From Sphyrna mokarran (lineage: Eukaryota): 64,000 nt of DNA. The notes beneath the pieces were generated by a model. It worked only from the letters and a program-made list of their open reading frames with translations, did not search any database and had not been told where the DNA came from. A program made the position numbers and the translations under genes. Below are positions 52,066-64,000 of this stretch, piece by piece. The stretch is from NCBI GenBank assembly GCA_024679065.1, contig JAGIQG010000009.1:68076001-68140000 (forward strand), read 5' to 3'. Positions within the stretch are counted from its first letter, which is position 1. Every line of letters starts with the position of its first letter.

Positions 52066-52725
52066 AGTATCAACTACCAATTCCCATGATAGAATTGCAC
52101 CACTTATTTACCCTTCCCTCTCATCCAGTGGTGCTTTCAACATTAGTGAAATACATTTTAAGGTCAGCTTGGTGGAAGAAAACAGTCAAAATTAAAGCTT
52201 TCCATTTGCTATTAAATGTATTGGTAATTCTCACAGGGCACTTTTGATCAATTTGAAATAAAAATCTGTTTAATTTAATTTACACATTTCCAATGCTCCC
52301 AAAACAAGTTTATTCAAGAATGTCAAGTGCTGCCAGTTAGTCCAAGGTTGGCTATTTTTCAAATCAGGCAGCGGATGTTTAGTTATTGCTTGAGCTCACT
52401 AATGCATCCCAAGTGAGCCTCTCTGCTGATCTCTTTTAGTATCTGAATGCATTTCCCAGACCTGGGATCTCAGGGCACAAAGGGCAGCAAGGTAAAGTTG
52501 CAGAGGCACCTGCTAAATCTGTACTGGAAGAGCAATGGGATTATGAAGTAACACAGATGGTCAGACTTAAGCACTGTTATATAATATGAAACCTTCCCAT
52601 TGTTACACCAGGTGCACTTGTTATAAATTTGGGATGCTGCACTAACATGGGAATTTTGTTAAATGCCTTATGTACAGTTTAGAGAATCCATAGATGATGC
52701 CATGGAAAATTTCCACAATAATAGA

Positions 52726-52837
52726 GGGCGGAATTTTATTGCCTCGCCTGCCTTGGTTCCGTGACTCGCAGAATTCTCTATTGGCCTGGGGCAGGATTTT
52801 ATGAGCTTTACCCAAGTGTGGTTGTAAAATCCCGCCC
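52726..52837. mobile_element. 112-bp Harbinger-type MITE
   Basis: GGGCGGAATTTTAT ... GTAAAATCCCGCCC terminal inverted repeats. Confidence 0.75.
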
Positions 52838-53050
52838 AGTGTTTTTGAAAAACATTTTGGCGATAAAACATGGTTAGGTTAACTTTCTTCTTTCCTGTTT
52901 GGTTAAGAAATTACAGACATGTTGCCAAAAAAATCCGCACAATCAAAATTTGTAAATTGCTAAATTAACTTCTATTACATTTTGAACCAATTCTTTTGAC
53001 CTGACAAGGTTTCGTTACAATGGCACTAGTCACCAAGGTGTGCTCACGAA

Positions 53051-53370
53051 AGAATCATAGAAACCTACAGTACAGAAAGAGGCCATTCAGCCTATCGAGT
53101 GTGCACCGAACACAATCTTACCCAGGCCCTCCTCCATATCCCTAGATATTTACCCATTAATCTATGCATCTCAGGACACTAAGGGCAATTTTTAGCATGG
53201 TCAATCAATCTAACCCACATATCCTTGGACTGAGAGAGGAAACCGGGGTACCCAGAGGAAACCCACACAGACACAAGAAGAATGTGCAAACTCCACACAG
53301 ACAGTGACCCAAGCCGGGAATCGAACCCAGGTCCCTGGAGCTGTGAAGCAGCAGTGCTACCATGCTGCCC
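53051..53370 (-). mobile_element. tRNA-derived V-domain SINE (HE1-like), relatively young
   Basis: Minus strand GGGCAGCATGGTAGCACTGCTGC..GGGTTCGATTCCCGGC B box, V core, CR1-type tail. Confidence 0.9.
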
Positions 53371-53744
53371 TGTGAAAGCTTTGATCATTTACATTAGCAT
53401 CAATATTGCATGATTTGCAAACAGTGATTTAGGGTGAAGTTTAACCAAAGAAACACAAAAAAATCCAAGACAAAGTAATTAAATGGCATGAGAGTAACTG
53501 TTTCATTCAGTGGCTCCGTGGAAAGTGTGCTGCATGGGAGTGCGTGGAGTTAATTGAATCAAGAAGATGCCAAGGATGGTGAATTTGTGGAACTCACTCC
53601 CTGTCACACTGACAAGTCTGAATCGTTGAATGGTTTCAAGAAGGAGATAGATATGTTTCTAATAAAAAAAAGGGATGAGGGAATATGGGAACAGATGAGA
53701 TGGTGGAATCAAGACCAAGGACAGATCAACCATGATCTGATCAT

Positions 53745-54031
53745 ATAGAACATAGAACATTACAGCACAGAACAGGCCCTTCGGCCTTCGATGTTGCGCC
53801 GACCAATTAAGAAAAAGCAATGACCCTCTAACCTAAACCATCCCCTTTTCATCCATAAACTTATCTACTAACCTCTTAAACGCCACCAAACTTGGCGCAT
53901 CTACAACTGCAGCAGGCAGGGCATTCCATACCCCTACCACCCACTGGGTAAAGAATCTATCTCTGACATCTGTCCTATAACTACCACCCCTTAATTTAAA
54001 GCTATGTCTCCTCATGCTAGCTTTCTCCATC
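53745..54031 (-). mobile_element. Short CR1 3' end, same subfamily as 22361-22972
   Basis: Shares GATGCGCCAAGTTTGGTGGCGTTTAAGAGGTTAG and the (TGTTCTA)n tail. Confidence 0.9.
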
Positions 54032-56204
54032 CATATAGCGGAGCAGGGTCAAAAGGCTGAATTTACCTACTTCTGCTCCTAATTCCATGTTCATTCCAGA
54101 GGATGGATGTTTCAGATGGGTAGTGTTTTCTATTATTTAGTTGGCAGGGATGCCAGCTGCATCACTCAGCTGGTAGCTCTCTGAAATGAGACTTCCACCT
54201 ATCTGATTGGCTAACAGCTCCATAAGCCCAACAATGCTACTGAGATCATCGACACCCCTTAGACAGGTGGCTGTTCGTTCTAAGTACCCACTGGATCAGG
54301 ATCAGGCAACGATGGAAATAGTTGGCCGATGGATAAAGGAAAAGGGGGAGGACGGTTTGGGATTGTGATGGCAAAACCAAATGAGACAGGAGAACTTGGT
54401 GTTGGGGGAGCAGTCCTGGGGTGAGGGCAGAGGGTACCAAGCTGTATAGAGGGTCAGTGACGGAAGTGCTCCCCCATTTTCCTGCCCAACTGGTCACAAA
54501 AGGACCTCACTTGGGCAAGAACAGGCCGAGGCCTCAACCGTAAACTCCATCCCTTAAAACTGGGGGAAAAGCTGGGAGTGGAGGGTTAGTGGATGATTGT
54601 AAAATTCTGTTCCTTGTCTGACTCACAACTAAGGCAGTACTGGCAATTACACAAATGTCTTTGGTACCCCTGACGTTTGGTACAGAGAAGGGAAAACTCT
54701 AACTCTACATACATTTCCACAATCTCAATTGGAAGCGAGACTCTGTAATCCATTGGCTGTAAAGCACTTCAGTAAAACATAAAAAAGGTGCTCTGTAAAT
54801 GCAACTTCTTACTCCTTGAAATAGAATTGAAGTAGGGTGAGACTCAGCTGTGATGACTTTTAATTATAAAATATCCTGCTGGTGTTCAGACAATGCCTGA
54901 CCATTGGAGCTGGGCATTGGAGAACCCAGCGAGAGTGCCTGCCTTCGTGGAGGGAAAGGGCAAATAAAAAGTCAAACAGTCTAAAATTATTTTTTCCCCA
55001 GAAAATGCTTGAAGGATTGTGAAACATGTTTTGAATTCAACCTTATTTATAAGAAGTTAAAAAATTTTACAAGCATGACAGGCTGGGTGGTTGGAAGAGA
55101 ATGTTGAAAAGAAAATGCCATGATTTAAGTTCCAGTAATAATTACACTTCAGTCTAGGTATCAGCTTATGTCACAATAATGCAAGGTCCACAACCCCAAA
55201 CAGGAAGAAGCATTCTTTCATAATGAGTGCAATAATATACATTTCAAAAGTTTTTTCAATTTACGAGATCCCATATGTGTTATAAAAGTGTTTTGCCAGC
55301 ATGCAGGACATCACCACCAGGTGGTAGGTAAGAATTTAGGGCAAACAAACTATTAAATATATTGCTTAAAAGAAAAGGGCTCTTTAATAAAAAGTGGATA
55401 AAAGATTGGTTGCATGTTACACAGGAATTAATTATTTGAATGCTTGTTTATGTTCCTGAACTCTAACTACAGCTGCATTGCTTTTAATACAACAAAAAGA
55501 AATGGGGTAGAAATTTGACAGTGCCTTGACTATTTTCAGGCACTAAATAGGCACCTAAAATCAATGTGACAGGCAGGAATGGACTGCTCATTATCAGCCA
55601 GAACCCCCATCATCCTCATATATAATCAAGAAAATAGGGGGCCAAGGCTAAATAGGCTTTCAGCCTGATACCAATTTTAGGCTCCCTGGAAAATGGAAGA
55701 GGTTGAAATGCAGCCTAACCAGTGGTCTTTATAAGAACTTCGTTGCGGGTGTCCACCAGGAAACACAAGATTTAAAATACAAAGGTTTCCACAGGATTAT
55801 GGTTCCTCATGAGCAAAGAATCGAATTTGTGGATTCGATAGGGTCTTTTAAAAGACTTTTGGATAAGTGCATGGGACTTAGTAAGATAGAGGATTATAGG
55901 TAAGCCTAGTAGGTAGGGGCATGTTTGGTGCAACTTGTGGGCCGAAGGGCCTGTTTGTGCTGTAGTTTTTCTGTGTTCTAATCATAACCACCCTGTTCAT
56001 GAATTAAAAATGCAGAACTCTAAGTTGCAAAATGCAGTATGTTGGAATATTCCAAGAATAAGCTCATAACAAAATAGAAGGCTAACTTGAATGCTGATCT
56101 TGAATGACATATGCTTAAGTGCTACCAAGAGTACAATTTTCACTCGTCCCGAATGGAGCACCTAGGGAATGTAACGTTAACCATTTGGGACATCTTATAG
56201 AAAA

Positions 56205-56500
56205 GCATCATAGAATCCCTATAGTGCAGGACGCCATTCAAGCCATAAAGCCCATATTGACAACAATGCCACCTAAGCCCCATCCCCGCATCTACCCTGC
56301 TAATCCCTCTGACAATAAGGGGCAATTTAGCATGGCCAATAAACCTAACCTGCACTTCTTTAGACTGTAGGAGGAAACCAGGCCACCCAGCAGAAATCCA
56401 GTCAGACATGGGGAGAATATGCAAATTCCACACAGACAGTCACCCACGGCTGAATCCACTCCATGATGCTGTGAGGCAGCAATGCTACCCACTTTGCTGT
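56205..56500 (-). mobile_element. tRNA-derived V-domain SINE
   Basis: V core GGGGAGAATATGCAAATTCCACACAGACAGTCACCC and CATAGAATCCCTATAGTGCAG tail on plus. Confidence 0.82.
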
Positions 56501-56728
56501 CCTAAAAAATGGTTTTAGCAAGTTGACAAAGTGATGTGGCATAATAAAATGCCTGGATTTCTCTGCAAGGGTGTGCACCTGAGTGGTCCAACTTTACTTG
56601 TCTTCAGAACATCCTACCTTATCAGGTTTAGCCAAGATATTTAAACAGATGAGAATACGAAGATGGAGTTGCTTTGCTAGTCCATTATCACCCAATAACT
56701 TTTCCAAAAAGTACCACATTTTAAAATA

Positions 56729-56734
56729 TTTATT
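56729..56734 (-). terminator. ITPA: Candidate ITPA polyadenylation signal
   Basis: AATAAA on the minus strand, 66 nt after the stop codon, in a U/A-rich 3' UTR. Confidence 0.6.
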
Positions 56735-56800
56735 GTCACTTTTTTGATACAAATCACTTTAATGCATTTTTTTTTACAAAAGATTTTTTATATGCAAACA

Positions 56801-56933
56801 TTAATTGCATTCCTCTTCTAGCCTGGCTTTCTTCGTAGAATCATTCTTCTCAATAAAATAATCTGCCAATTCACGAAGTGCTTTGTAACGGTGGGAGATC
56901 GAATTCTTTACCGCTTTTGGCATTTCTGCATAA
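56801..56933 (-). CDS. ITPA: ITPA last coding exon
   Basis: Acceptor TCTTTAG; (T)YAEMPKAVKNSISHRYKALRELADYFIEKNDSTKKARLEEECN*, containing the HAM1-family SHR signature. Confidence 0.96.
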
Positions 56934-57057
56934 CTAAAGAGAGTCAGTGAAAGATACAGTATAGTATTGGCAAAGAAAATCGGGTAAAAAAATATCCACG
57001 TACACATTAATAAAAGTGTAGGTGTCTCAGCAGCCCGAAAAATGTTTCAATACTTAC

Positions 57058-57134
57058 GTTTGATCAAAGCCGTCAGGCTGAAAACAAGGATCCCAACCAA
57101 AGTTTCTGGGTCCTCGAGGTTCGACTATCTTGCC
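57058..57134 (-). CDS. ITPA: ITPA penultimate exon (77 bp)
   Basis: GTGTAG acceptor, GTAAGT donor; GKIVEPRGPRNFGWDPCFQPDGFDQ(T) with the FGWDP motif; phases join both neighbouring exons. Confidence 0.96.
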
Positions 57135-58469
57135 CTACACGATGGAAAAGATTGAGATGTAGATTAAAAAAAAAATCAATCATTTTCAATCCATACCATT
57201 GAGAAATTTTCAGTGCACTTTATTGCCATCCAGAGCCTTGCATCCATCATCATTTCATTCACGGGTGTTGGCAGCTAGGCTAGCATTTATAGCCCACCCT
57301 TAATCATCCACCAGAAGGTGTTAGTGAGTCTTCTTGAACTGGTGTAGTCCGTGTGTAAGGGAGTGAGTTCCAGGATTCCAATGAAGGAACAGCAATGCAG
57401 TTGCAAGTGAGGATGGTGCTTGGCTCATAGGGAAACTGGTGTTTCCACGTATCTACTATACTGGTTCTTCTAGAGGTAGAGGTTACAGGTTTGGAAAGTG
57501 CTAGCTAAGGAGCCATGGTGAGTTGCTACAGTGCATCTTGTAGATGGTACATACTGTTGTGACTGTGTATTAGTGGCAGAGGGAGTGAATACTGAATGGG
57601 TGATGGTCTGCCTATCAAGCAGGGCTGCTTTGCCCTGGCTGATGTGGAGTTTCAGGAGTGTTGTTTGAGCTGCGCCCATCCAGACACCCAAACCATTGCC
57701 ACTATCTCATCAATTTATTCCTTTCTTGCCCCCATAGACGACATCTGCTAAACATTTATTTGTAAATCTGCTCCAAAGAAGAGAAGGGCATTGTTCGGTG
57801 AAGGGGCAAAAACAATAAATGATTCACAATTTTAAACTTGCCACTCACTTCCCATTTCCTCTCACCTGAAGTCAAAAATTCATCTCATCTATTAATTAGT
57901 TGTGAATATGCACATCTGAATTGGACCCTATCCATAGCGAAGACACACACGTGCACTCTTTCAGCTAATTTCACTTAATAGTCATCAGAAGCAAAAAAGC
58001 CTTCTGCTATCACCCTTCTCCTTCATAACGAAGAAATGCCAAGGAAAATTATAGTTTACCCTAATTTCCTAATGCAGCAAAGAATGTTCAGCAACACACT
58101 CCAGAAGCCAAGTCAGCCTATGTCATTTTGACTATCGTTCTATGAACCATATTTACCTAAGATCATCCTAACTGCACATCCTATCCGCTTTCACTCTTTG
58201 GATAGTTTCACAACAAGAGGGTTAACACTAGAAATGGATGTCAGGTAGGCTGGTGGAGGCAGGGCCTCAAATTATTCAACAGAAATAGCTTGTCACTTTG
58301 GAGACACTGTTGGGTTATTTTTGAATAAACGGCTGAATGGTCTTTGCCTAGACTTGCCTCAGGATGTCCACACAAACTAACGTGACCCACCATTCTTCAG
58401 CTCAATGAGCTGCAATGGTCAAGTAGTGAGGGACTTGGCCACAGCCCTTCAATCACCAGGAATAGACCA

Positions 58470-58720
58470 TATAGCTGTGGGCTGACTCAGTGCTAACCAC
58501 TGTGATTCCCATCTTGGGTCACTGTCTGAGCGGAGTTTGCACGTTCTCGTGTCTGCGGGTTTTCTCCCACAGAGTGAAAGACGTGCTAGTTAGGTGAATC
58601 GGCCATGCTAAATTCTCTCTCAGTGTACCCAAACAGACACTAAACACGTGGTGACTAGGGGATTTTCACAATAAGTTCATTGCAGTGTAGATGTAAGCCT
58701 ATTTGTGACTAATAACTTTT
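58470..58720 (+). mobile_element. V-domain SINE, partial
   Basis: TTGGGTCACTGTCTGAGCGGAGTTTGCACGTTCTC core and GTAAGCCTATTTGTGACTAATAA tail. Confidence 0.75.
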
Positions 58721-59327
58721 TTGATTTTTGAGCCCTTGAGCCTGTTTTAGCTATCAATTAAATCATTTCTGATCTGTATTCTACTCCCATTTACCCACAC
58801 TGTTCCCATTACTTAATACCCTTGCTTAACAAAAAATAAACCATCTCATTTTTGAAATTTTCAAGTTACCAAGACGCAGCAGTGTTTTGGAGGAGAGAAC
58901 TCCAGATGACAGATGGCATCTTAGAGAAGGGGACTGTTCAATTAATAAAATGATTAATTTTAAATCTGAGGCTGAAATATATGTTATCCACAGGTATTAA
59001 GGGATATAATGCAAAGGTGGGTATGTGGAGTTACATTACAGATTAGTACTGATCTCATTGAATAGTGGATAAGTTCAGGGGCAAAATATTTATTCATGTT
59101 CCTATGTTCTTCTTGTGTCCAGCTGCCCAGAAACACAAGAGGTTTACATTTATTTATATGCCTTTCACAAACTTGAGATTTTCTAAAGCAATTTACAGCT
59201 AATGACATCCTTTTGAAGTCTAGTCAATGTTGTAGGAAACCCAGCCAATTTGCACAGCTAAAAAGAAAAATTTTGCGCAATACAGGTATGTACAACATGG
59301 GAGAAAAATCCATAGTATTGTGAATAG

Positions 59328-59765
59328 CCATTAGCCATGGTTGAGTTGGTCGCACTCTCTTCTGAGTCACGTTCTGGGTTCAAGTCTCACTCCAGGACTT
59401 AAGCACAAAAATCAAAGCTGACACTCCAGCACAGTACTAAAGGAGCACTGTGCTGATGGAGTTGTTGTTTTTGACTGCTGACATGCTAAACTAAAGTTCC
59501 ATCTGTATTCTCCAGTGAATGTAAAAGATCCCATGGCACTTTGTGAAGAAAAAGGGAGGTTATCCTCAGTGTCCTGGCCAATACCTAACCTTCAATTAAC
59601 ACTACAAAATCAGACTAATTAATTACTATACTTCGCGATTGGTGGGAGGTTCCTGTACACAAATTTGTTGCGACATTACAACATTGATGACATTTCAGAA
59701 GTACTTCATTGGCTACAAACTGTTTTGGGAAATCCTGTGGTCATGTAATGTGCTATAAAAAAATC
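59328..59765 (+). mobile_element. Deu-domain SINE (SacSINE1/AmnSINE1-like)
   Basis: tRNA head (GGTTGAGTTGG..GGGTTCAAGTCTC) and Deu-domain sequence GTAAAAGATCCCATGGCACT..GAAGAA..GGG..GTGTCCTGGCCAATA. Confidence 0.78.
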
Positions 59766-59889
59766 AAGTTTTGTTTTTGTTCGCTCAATACTGACTGATA
59801 AAGCATCCTGACTTTGCACGTGTTGCTGTTTTGATACGAGAAATAGGGACATTCGCACACTACTGCACCGTTCCTTTATAAATACATAC

Positions 59890-60005
59890 CGGTGTTTTCC
59901 CTCGAAATAGCTTCACTGGGTCTTTTGGGTTTCCTGTGCTGTATGCAAAGGTACAGAGTGCATATGCTGATTTGTCTTCAAAGCCTGCCAACATCTTATA
60001 CAAAC
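59890..60005 (-). CDS. ITPA: ITPA internal exon (116 bp)
   Basis: TTCCCAG acceptor, GTATGT donor; (G)[38 protein letters not shown]. Upstream exons were not found in the window. Confidence 0.96.
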
Positions 60006-60354
60006 CTGGGAAGACAAATATAAAGGTGGTGCAAATGAACATCAGTTGTATTTTTGCATTACCTCAGTAAAGATTATCTGTTCTGATCAGTTAACACTAA
60101 TAACATGCATTCTCCATACAGTTGGAGGATAGAAAACTCCTCTACAAATTCATTTAGGACTCGGATTAACATTGCTGTCTTCCCTTCTTACAATTTTTAA
60201 TATTTAATGAAATATTTAGTATTCAAAATTATGAGTTTCAATAAAGGAGATATGGAGAAACTATTTGCATTTGCAGAAAGTTCAGTGCAACCAGAAGACA
60301 CAGACAAAAAATAATGAGCAAAAAAATTCATGTGGCATTGAGAAGTTTTATTCA

Positions 60355-61140
60355 GGGGAGGAAGAGGCATAGTGGAATTCTCACTGGATGAATAATTCAG
60401 AGACCGGGGACTTGGGCGGGGTAATGTTCTGGGGAACAGGATTCAAATCCTACCATGGCAGATGGTGAAGTGTGAATCCAGTAAGATCTGGAATTAAAAG
60501 TCTAGTAAAACTATTTTTTTTCCCCCCACTGATGATCATTTGGCCAGATCCATGGCAACGAGGTTGACTTTTAAATGCCCTCTGAAATAGCCCAGCAAGT
60601 CACTCAGTTCAAAGGCAATCAGAAAAGCACAAAAAATACTTGTCCAGCCAGTGATGCCCATATCCCATGAATGAATACAAAAATGTGCTCAGCGAGTTAT
60701 GATCATAAATGCACTGCCTAAAAGGGCAGCACAAGCAAATTCTTTAACAATTTTCAAAAAGGAAATGGTATATTCATCCACATGAATGATGAGGAGATGG
60801 TGGTGCAAATAGCAATGTTATTAGGCTGGCAATCCAAAGGCCCAGACTAATGTTCTGAGGATATGGGTCCAAACCCCACCATGGCAATTAATAAATGGAA
60901 TATTAAGATAGCTTCTGTAATAGTGACCATTGTTTGTCCTAGTATTCAATCTGGTTCACTAACATCCTTCAGGGAAAAAAACCATCCACAATGTGATTCT
61001 AGATCCACAGCAATGCAGTCGCCTCTCAACTGCGCTCTGAAATGGTTCAGCCAGCCAGCCACTCAGTTCAAGGGCAATTAGGGATGGGCAACAAATCTTG
61101 CCCTTGCCCACGATGAGCACATCCCATGAAAGAATAAATA
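60355..61140 (+). mobile_element. Two adjacent copies of the second SINE family (60355-60680 and 60793-61140)
   Basis: Each has a head, a CACTCAGTTCAA.GGCAAT segment and a C.CA.ATCCCATGAA tail. Confidence 0.75.
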
Positions 61141-62379
61141 AAAACGTTATGTACATTAATTACAAACATGTGCACGTACATAAAGGAAATATTTTCAGAA
61201 ATATTGGGGAAGTATGTGGAAATGGAACTAATTTGTAGCTCTTTCACGAATATCGTGGTCCAAATGGCCTCCTCTGTGCTGTATGGTTCTACTTATTTGT
61301 CTCCTCAAGCTTTCATGGAAAGTACTCACTCCAGGAAGTGGATGTCAACTTGCACCCAAGCTCCAGGTTCTTATATGCCCATCAGTAGTCTCCATTCAGT
61401 ATCTCTGTGCACTATTAGACTCAGTTAAATTTAAGAGGATCATAGCAATCTACAGCACAGAGGGAGAACATTTGGTCCATTGTGCCTGTCCCAGCCCAAA
61501 AGGAATTACCCTGAATAATCCCACTTCCCAGTTTGATTTTGTTCTGTAACACTGTAGTACGTGGCACATCATGTTCATATCCAACTATATATTTTTTAAA
61601 ACTGTGACAAGGATTTTGATCTGTATTACCCTTTCGGGTAACTTGTTCCCAACCTCAACTATGTTCAATCCCCCTACTTATACCAATTGCTTCAATCCTG
61701 GTCATTGATCTCTTTGCTAATGTTGTTCTTCATGGGCCCTCATATTTTTTTCTTACACACCCAAATTACACCTCCCCTCAGCCTCCTCTGTGTCCAATCC
61801 TTCACCATAGCTAAAATTCTGTAGTCCTATCTGCTCCAGCGCAATTGCATTTTTCTGTAATGTGGAGATCAGAAATGTGCGCGTGCTGTGGCCTAACTAG
61901 CTTTCAGTACAGTTCCAGCAAAACCTGTTCACTCTCACTTTACTTCATTAGCTGAGCCATAGGACTCATCACATATGCCTTTTGGACCATTTTATCTGGT
62001 AACTGCTACCTTCAAGAGTTTATGGATGTGCACTCTAATGCTTCTTGCTTCCTTGAATTCTCAGGATCCTACCAGTTCTTGTGTATGCTCTTGACATTCC
62101 TGAGCCAGTTCCACTATTCAGAGATCAATCATGATCTGTGACCTAACTCCACATCCCTGCCTTTGTCCATGTCATCTAACACCTTTGGATAACAGAAATC
62201 CTAATCTCAAAGCTAAAATTAATAATTGATTGCATCAATTGCCATTTGCATGTACAAGTGGTTGCTAATTTTGCTCCTGAAAGCTCTGGCTTTAACATTT
62301 AGAGTACATTCCCCCACTCACGTTTGACCCATTTAAATGTGTTGTTTCATATTTCTGCAGTTTGAATTCTTACTACAGC

Positions 62380-62852
62380 TTTCTTAATTATACTGGCTAT
62401 TTTGCCGAGGCAGCAGGGAGTGTTGACAGAGTCAATGGATGGGAGGCTGGTTTGGCTGATGGATTGGACTACATTCATGACCTTTTGTAGTTCCTTGCAG
62501 TCTTGGGCAAAGCAGGAGCCATCCCAAGCTGTGATACAACCAGAAAAAATGCCTTCTATGGTGCATCTGTAAAAGTTGGTAAGAGTCGTAGCTGACATGC
62601 CAAATTTTCTTAGTCTTCTGAAAAAGTAGAGGTATCGGTAGGCTTTCTTAACTATCTAGTGTCGACCGGGGTGATCAAGACAGGTTGTTGGTTATCCAGA
62701 TATCTAAAAACGTGAAGCTCTTGATTCTTTCTACTTCGTCCCCGCTGATGTAGACCTGTTCTCCTTTACGCTTCCTGAAGTCAATCACAATGTCTTTTGT
62801 TTTGTTGACACTGAGGGAGAGATTATTGTTGCCACATCAGTTCACCAGATTC
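62380..62852 (-). mobile_element. Rex1/Babar LINE RT C-terminal fragment
   Basis: MSATTLTNFYRCTIEGIFSGCITAWDGSC..QDCKELQKV, typical of Rex1/Babar. Confidence 0.85.
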
Positions 62853-63728
62853 TGGCACAGTGATCTCTCAGAGAGCAGGGCTGGCAACTTGCAGCCAAGC
62901 TCCAGGTTCTTATATGCCCATCAATAGTCTCTTCCCTCCATCTTCGTACGCTGTTACTAAACTAACTAGCCTGCCAGTAATATTTCTGCACAAACTAATA
63001 AAACAGATAGATTTAGTGCATATTGAATTTATCAATTTATTTTTCTGCCACATCAACACATTATGTGACAAGCTTTCTTTCTTGAGTTTTGTCCCAAATT
63101 ACAGTGGCTGATGATGGCAGTTCAACTTGTACCTTGTCACCCTTCATTTACAATCTTGGACAATGGTCAGCAACAGCAGGGGGATTGTTGTAAAATTCAA
63201 TTCTGCCCACATGAGCACAATGGAGAGTATTCAAGATCAGGAATCTCAGCTGGTTTCATTTTTCTTGCTGCCCTCTAAGCCAGAGATGTTCAGTCAACAT
63301 TAGCTCAGCAAAAACAGTAACCACCAGGGATTGAACGAGGTGGATTTGAGTCTATATTATTCATTATAACAACATGCGATCTAATCAAAGGGTGGTAGTA
63401 TGGTGGGTAGGTCTAAGCTATAGGGCATACACTTTTTTGATGTACAACTTTGAACAGTAACAAACTGTTATATCTTCACCAACTGAATGAGTCAAAACTG
63501 AGTTTGATGGAGGAATTATGGAACCAAAATGGATAAATGGATTTAAGAGATAGGCCAGCCATGACCCAGTTGAGTAGTGGAACAGCTTGAGGGCTGAGTG
63601 GCCTATTCCTGCTCCTAACAAACCTTAAACAAGCTTATGATCAATTGCATTAAAATAAAATCATGAAAGAAAGAATTGTATCCTCTAAGCTTGAGATCAG
63701 AAGGAAGCCATGGCTTCTTGTAGCAGTA

Positions 63729-63797
63729 TGATGTAGAGATGCTGGCGTTGGACTGGGGTAGTAAGAACTCAGTAAGAATCTAGCAACACCAATTTTC
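63729..63797 (-). mobile_element. Penelope-like pLTR 3' tip, same family as 12509
   Basis: TGATGTAGAGATGCTGGCGTTGGACTGGGGTA matches 12509-12540. Confidence 0.8.
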
Positions 63798-64000
63798 AGG
63801 TTACCTCACTTATACTGTGCTGTCTGGAGAAAATACACAATTCTCTAACCAATGCTCAGGATTCCCTTCACACACATTGTTAGCCACTTTAAGACTTGAA
63901 TAGCAGGTTAGATGTAAGGATTCGCATTCCAATCAGCAATCTGTGACTGTCTGTGTTGATACGTGTGCTATTGCAGACCAGAACACTGCATTTGCCTGAC

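Noticed and set aside
20062-53370. tRNA genes suggested by A/B boxes
   Set aside because: All are SINE heads followed by V-domain or other SINE cores; no cloverleaf.
1-64000. Prokaryotic features (operons, CRISPR arrays, rRNA)
   Set aside because: The sequence is intron-containing vertebrate DNA; no regularly spaced repeat-spacer array or rRNA motifs were seen.

Overview
Eukaryotic, repeat-dense vertebrate DNA. The repeat families (CR1 LINEs with GAACAAA/ATGTTCT tails, V-domain tRNA SINEs, a Deu-domain SINE, Penelope, Harbinger) point to a shark or other cartilaginous fish; that assignment is an inference. Two host genes are visible, both on the minus strand. The first is the 5' end of VAMP4: CpG-island promoter, non-coding exon 1 at about 7991-8130, and first coding exon at 3468-3574 (MPPKFKRHLNDDDVTGSIKSER). 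The second is the last three exons of ITPA (59890-60005, 57058-57134, 56801-56933). The roughly 48 kb between them is mostly nested transposon debris, and nearly all listed ORFs are TE fragments or chance. Four features stand out. (1) A young TSD-bounded CR1 LINE (28741-32122) has a 3' UTR containing a whole remodelled SINE, hairpins and a splice acceptor. (2) Palindromic Penelope-type mini-elements carry minimal hammerhead ribozyme cores, on both strands at 49011-49086 and on one strand at 12509-12719. (3) An unclassified 1.34-kb unit has ~240-bp inverted repeats (13818-15160) and a second inverted pair outside it. (4) ITPA lies next to VAMP4 and ends in an NLS-like tail. Repeat boundaries were read by eye and are approximate; no database searches were run.
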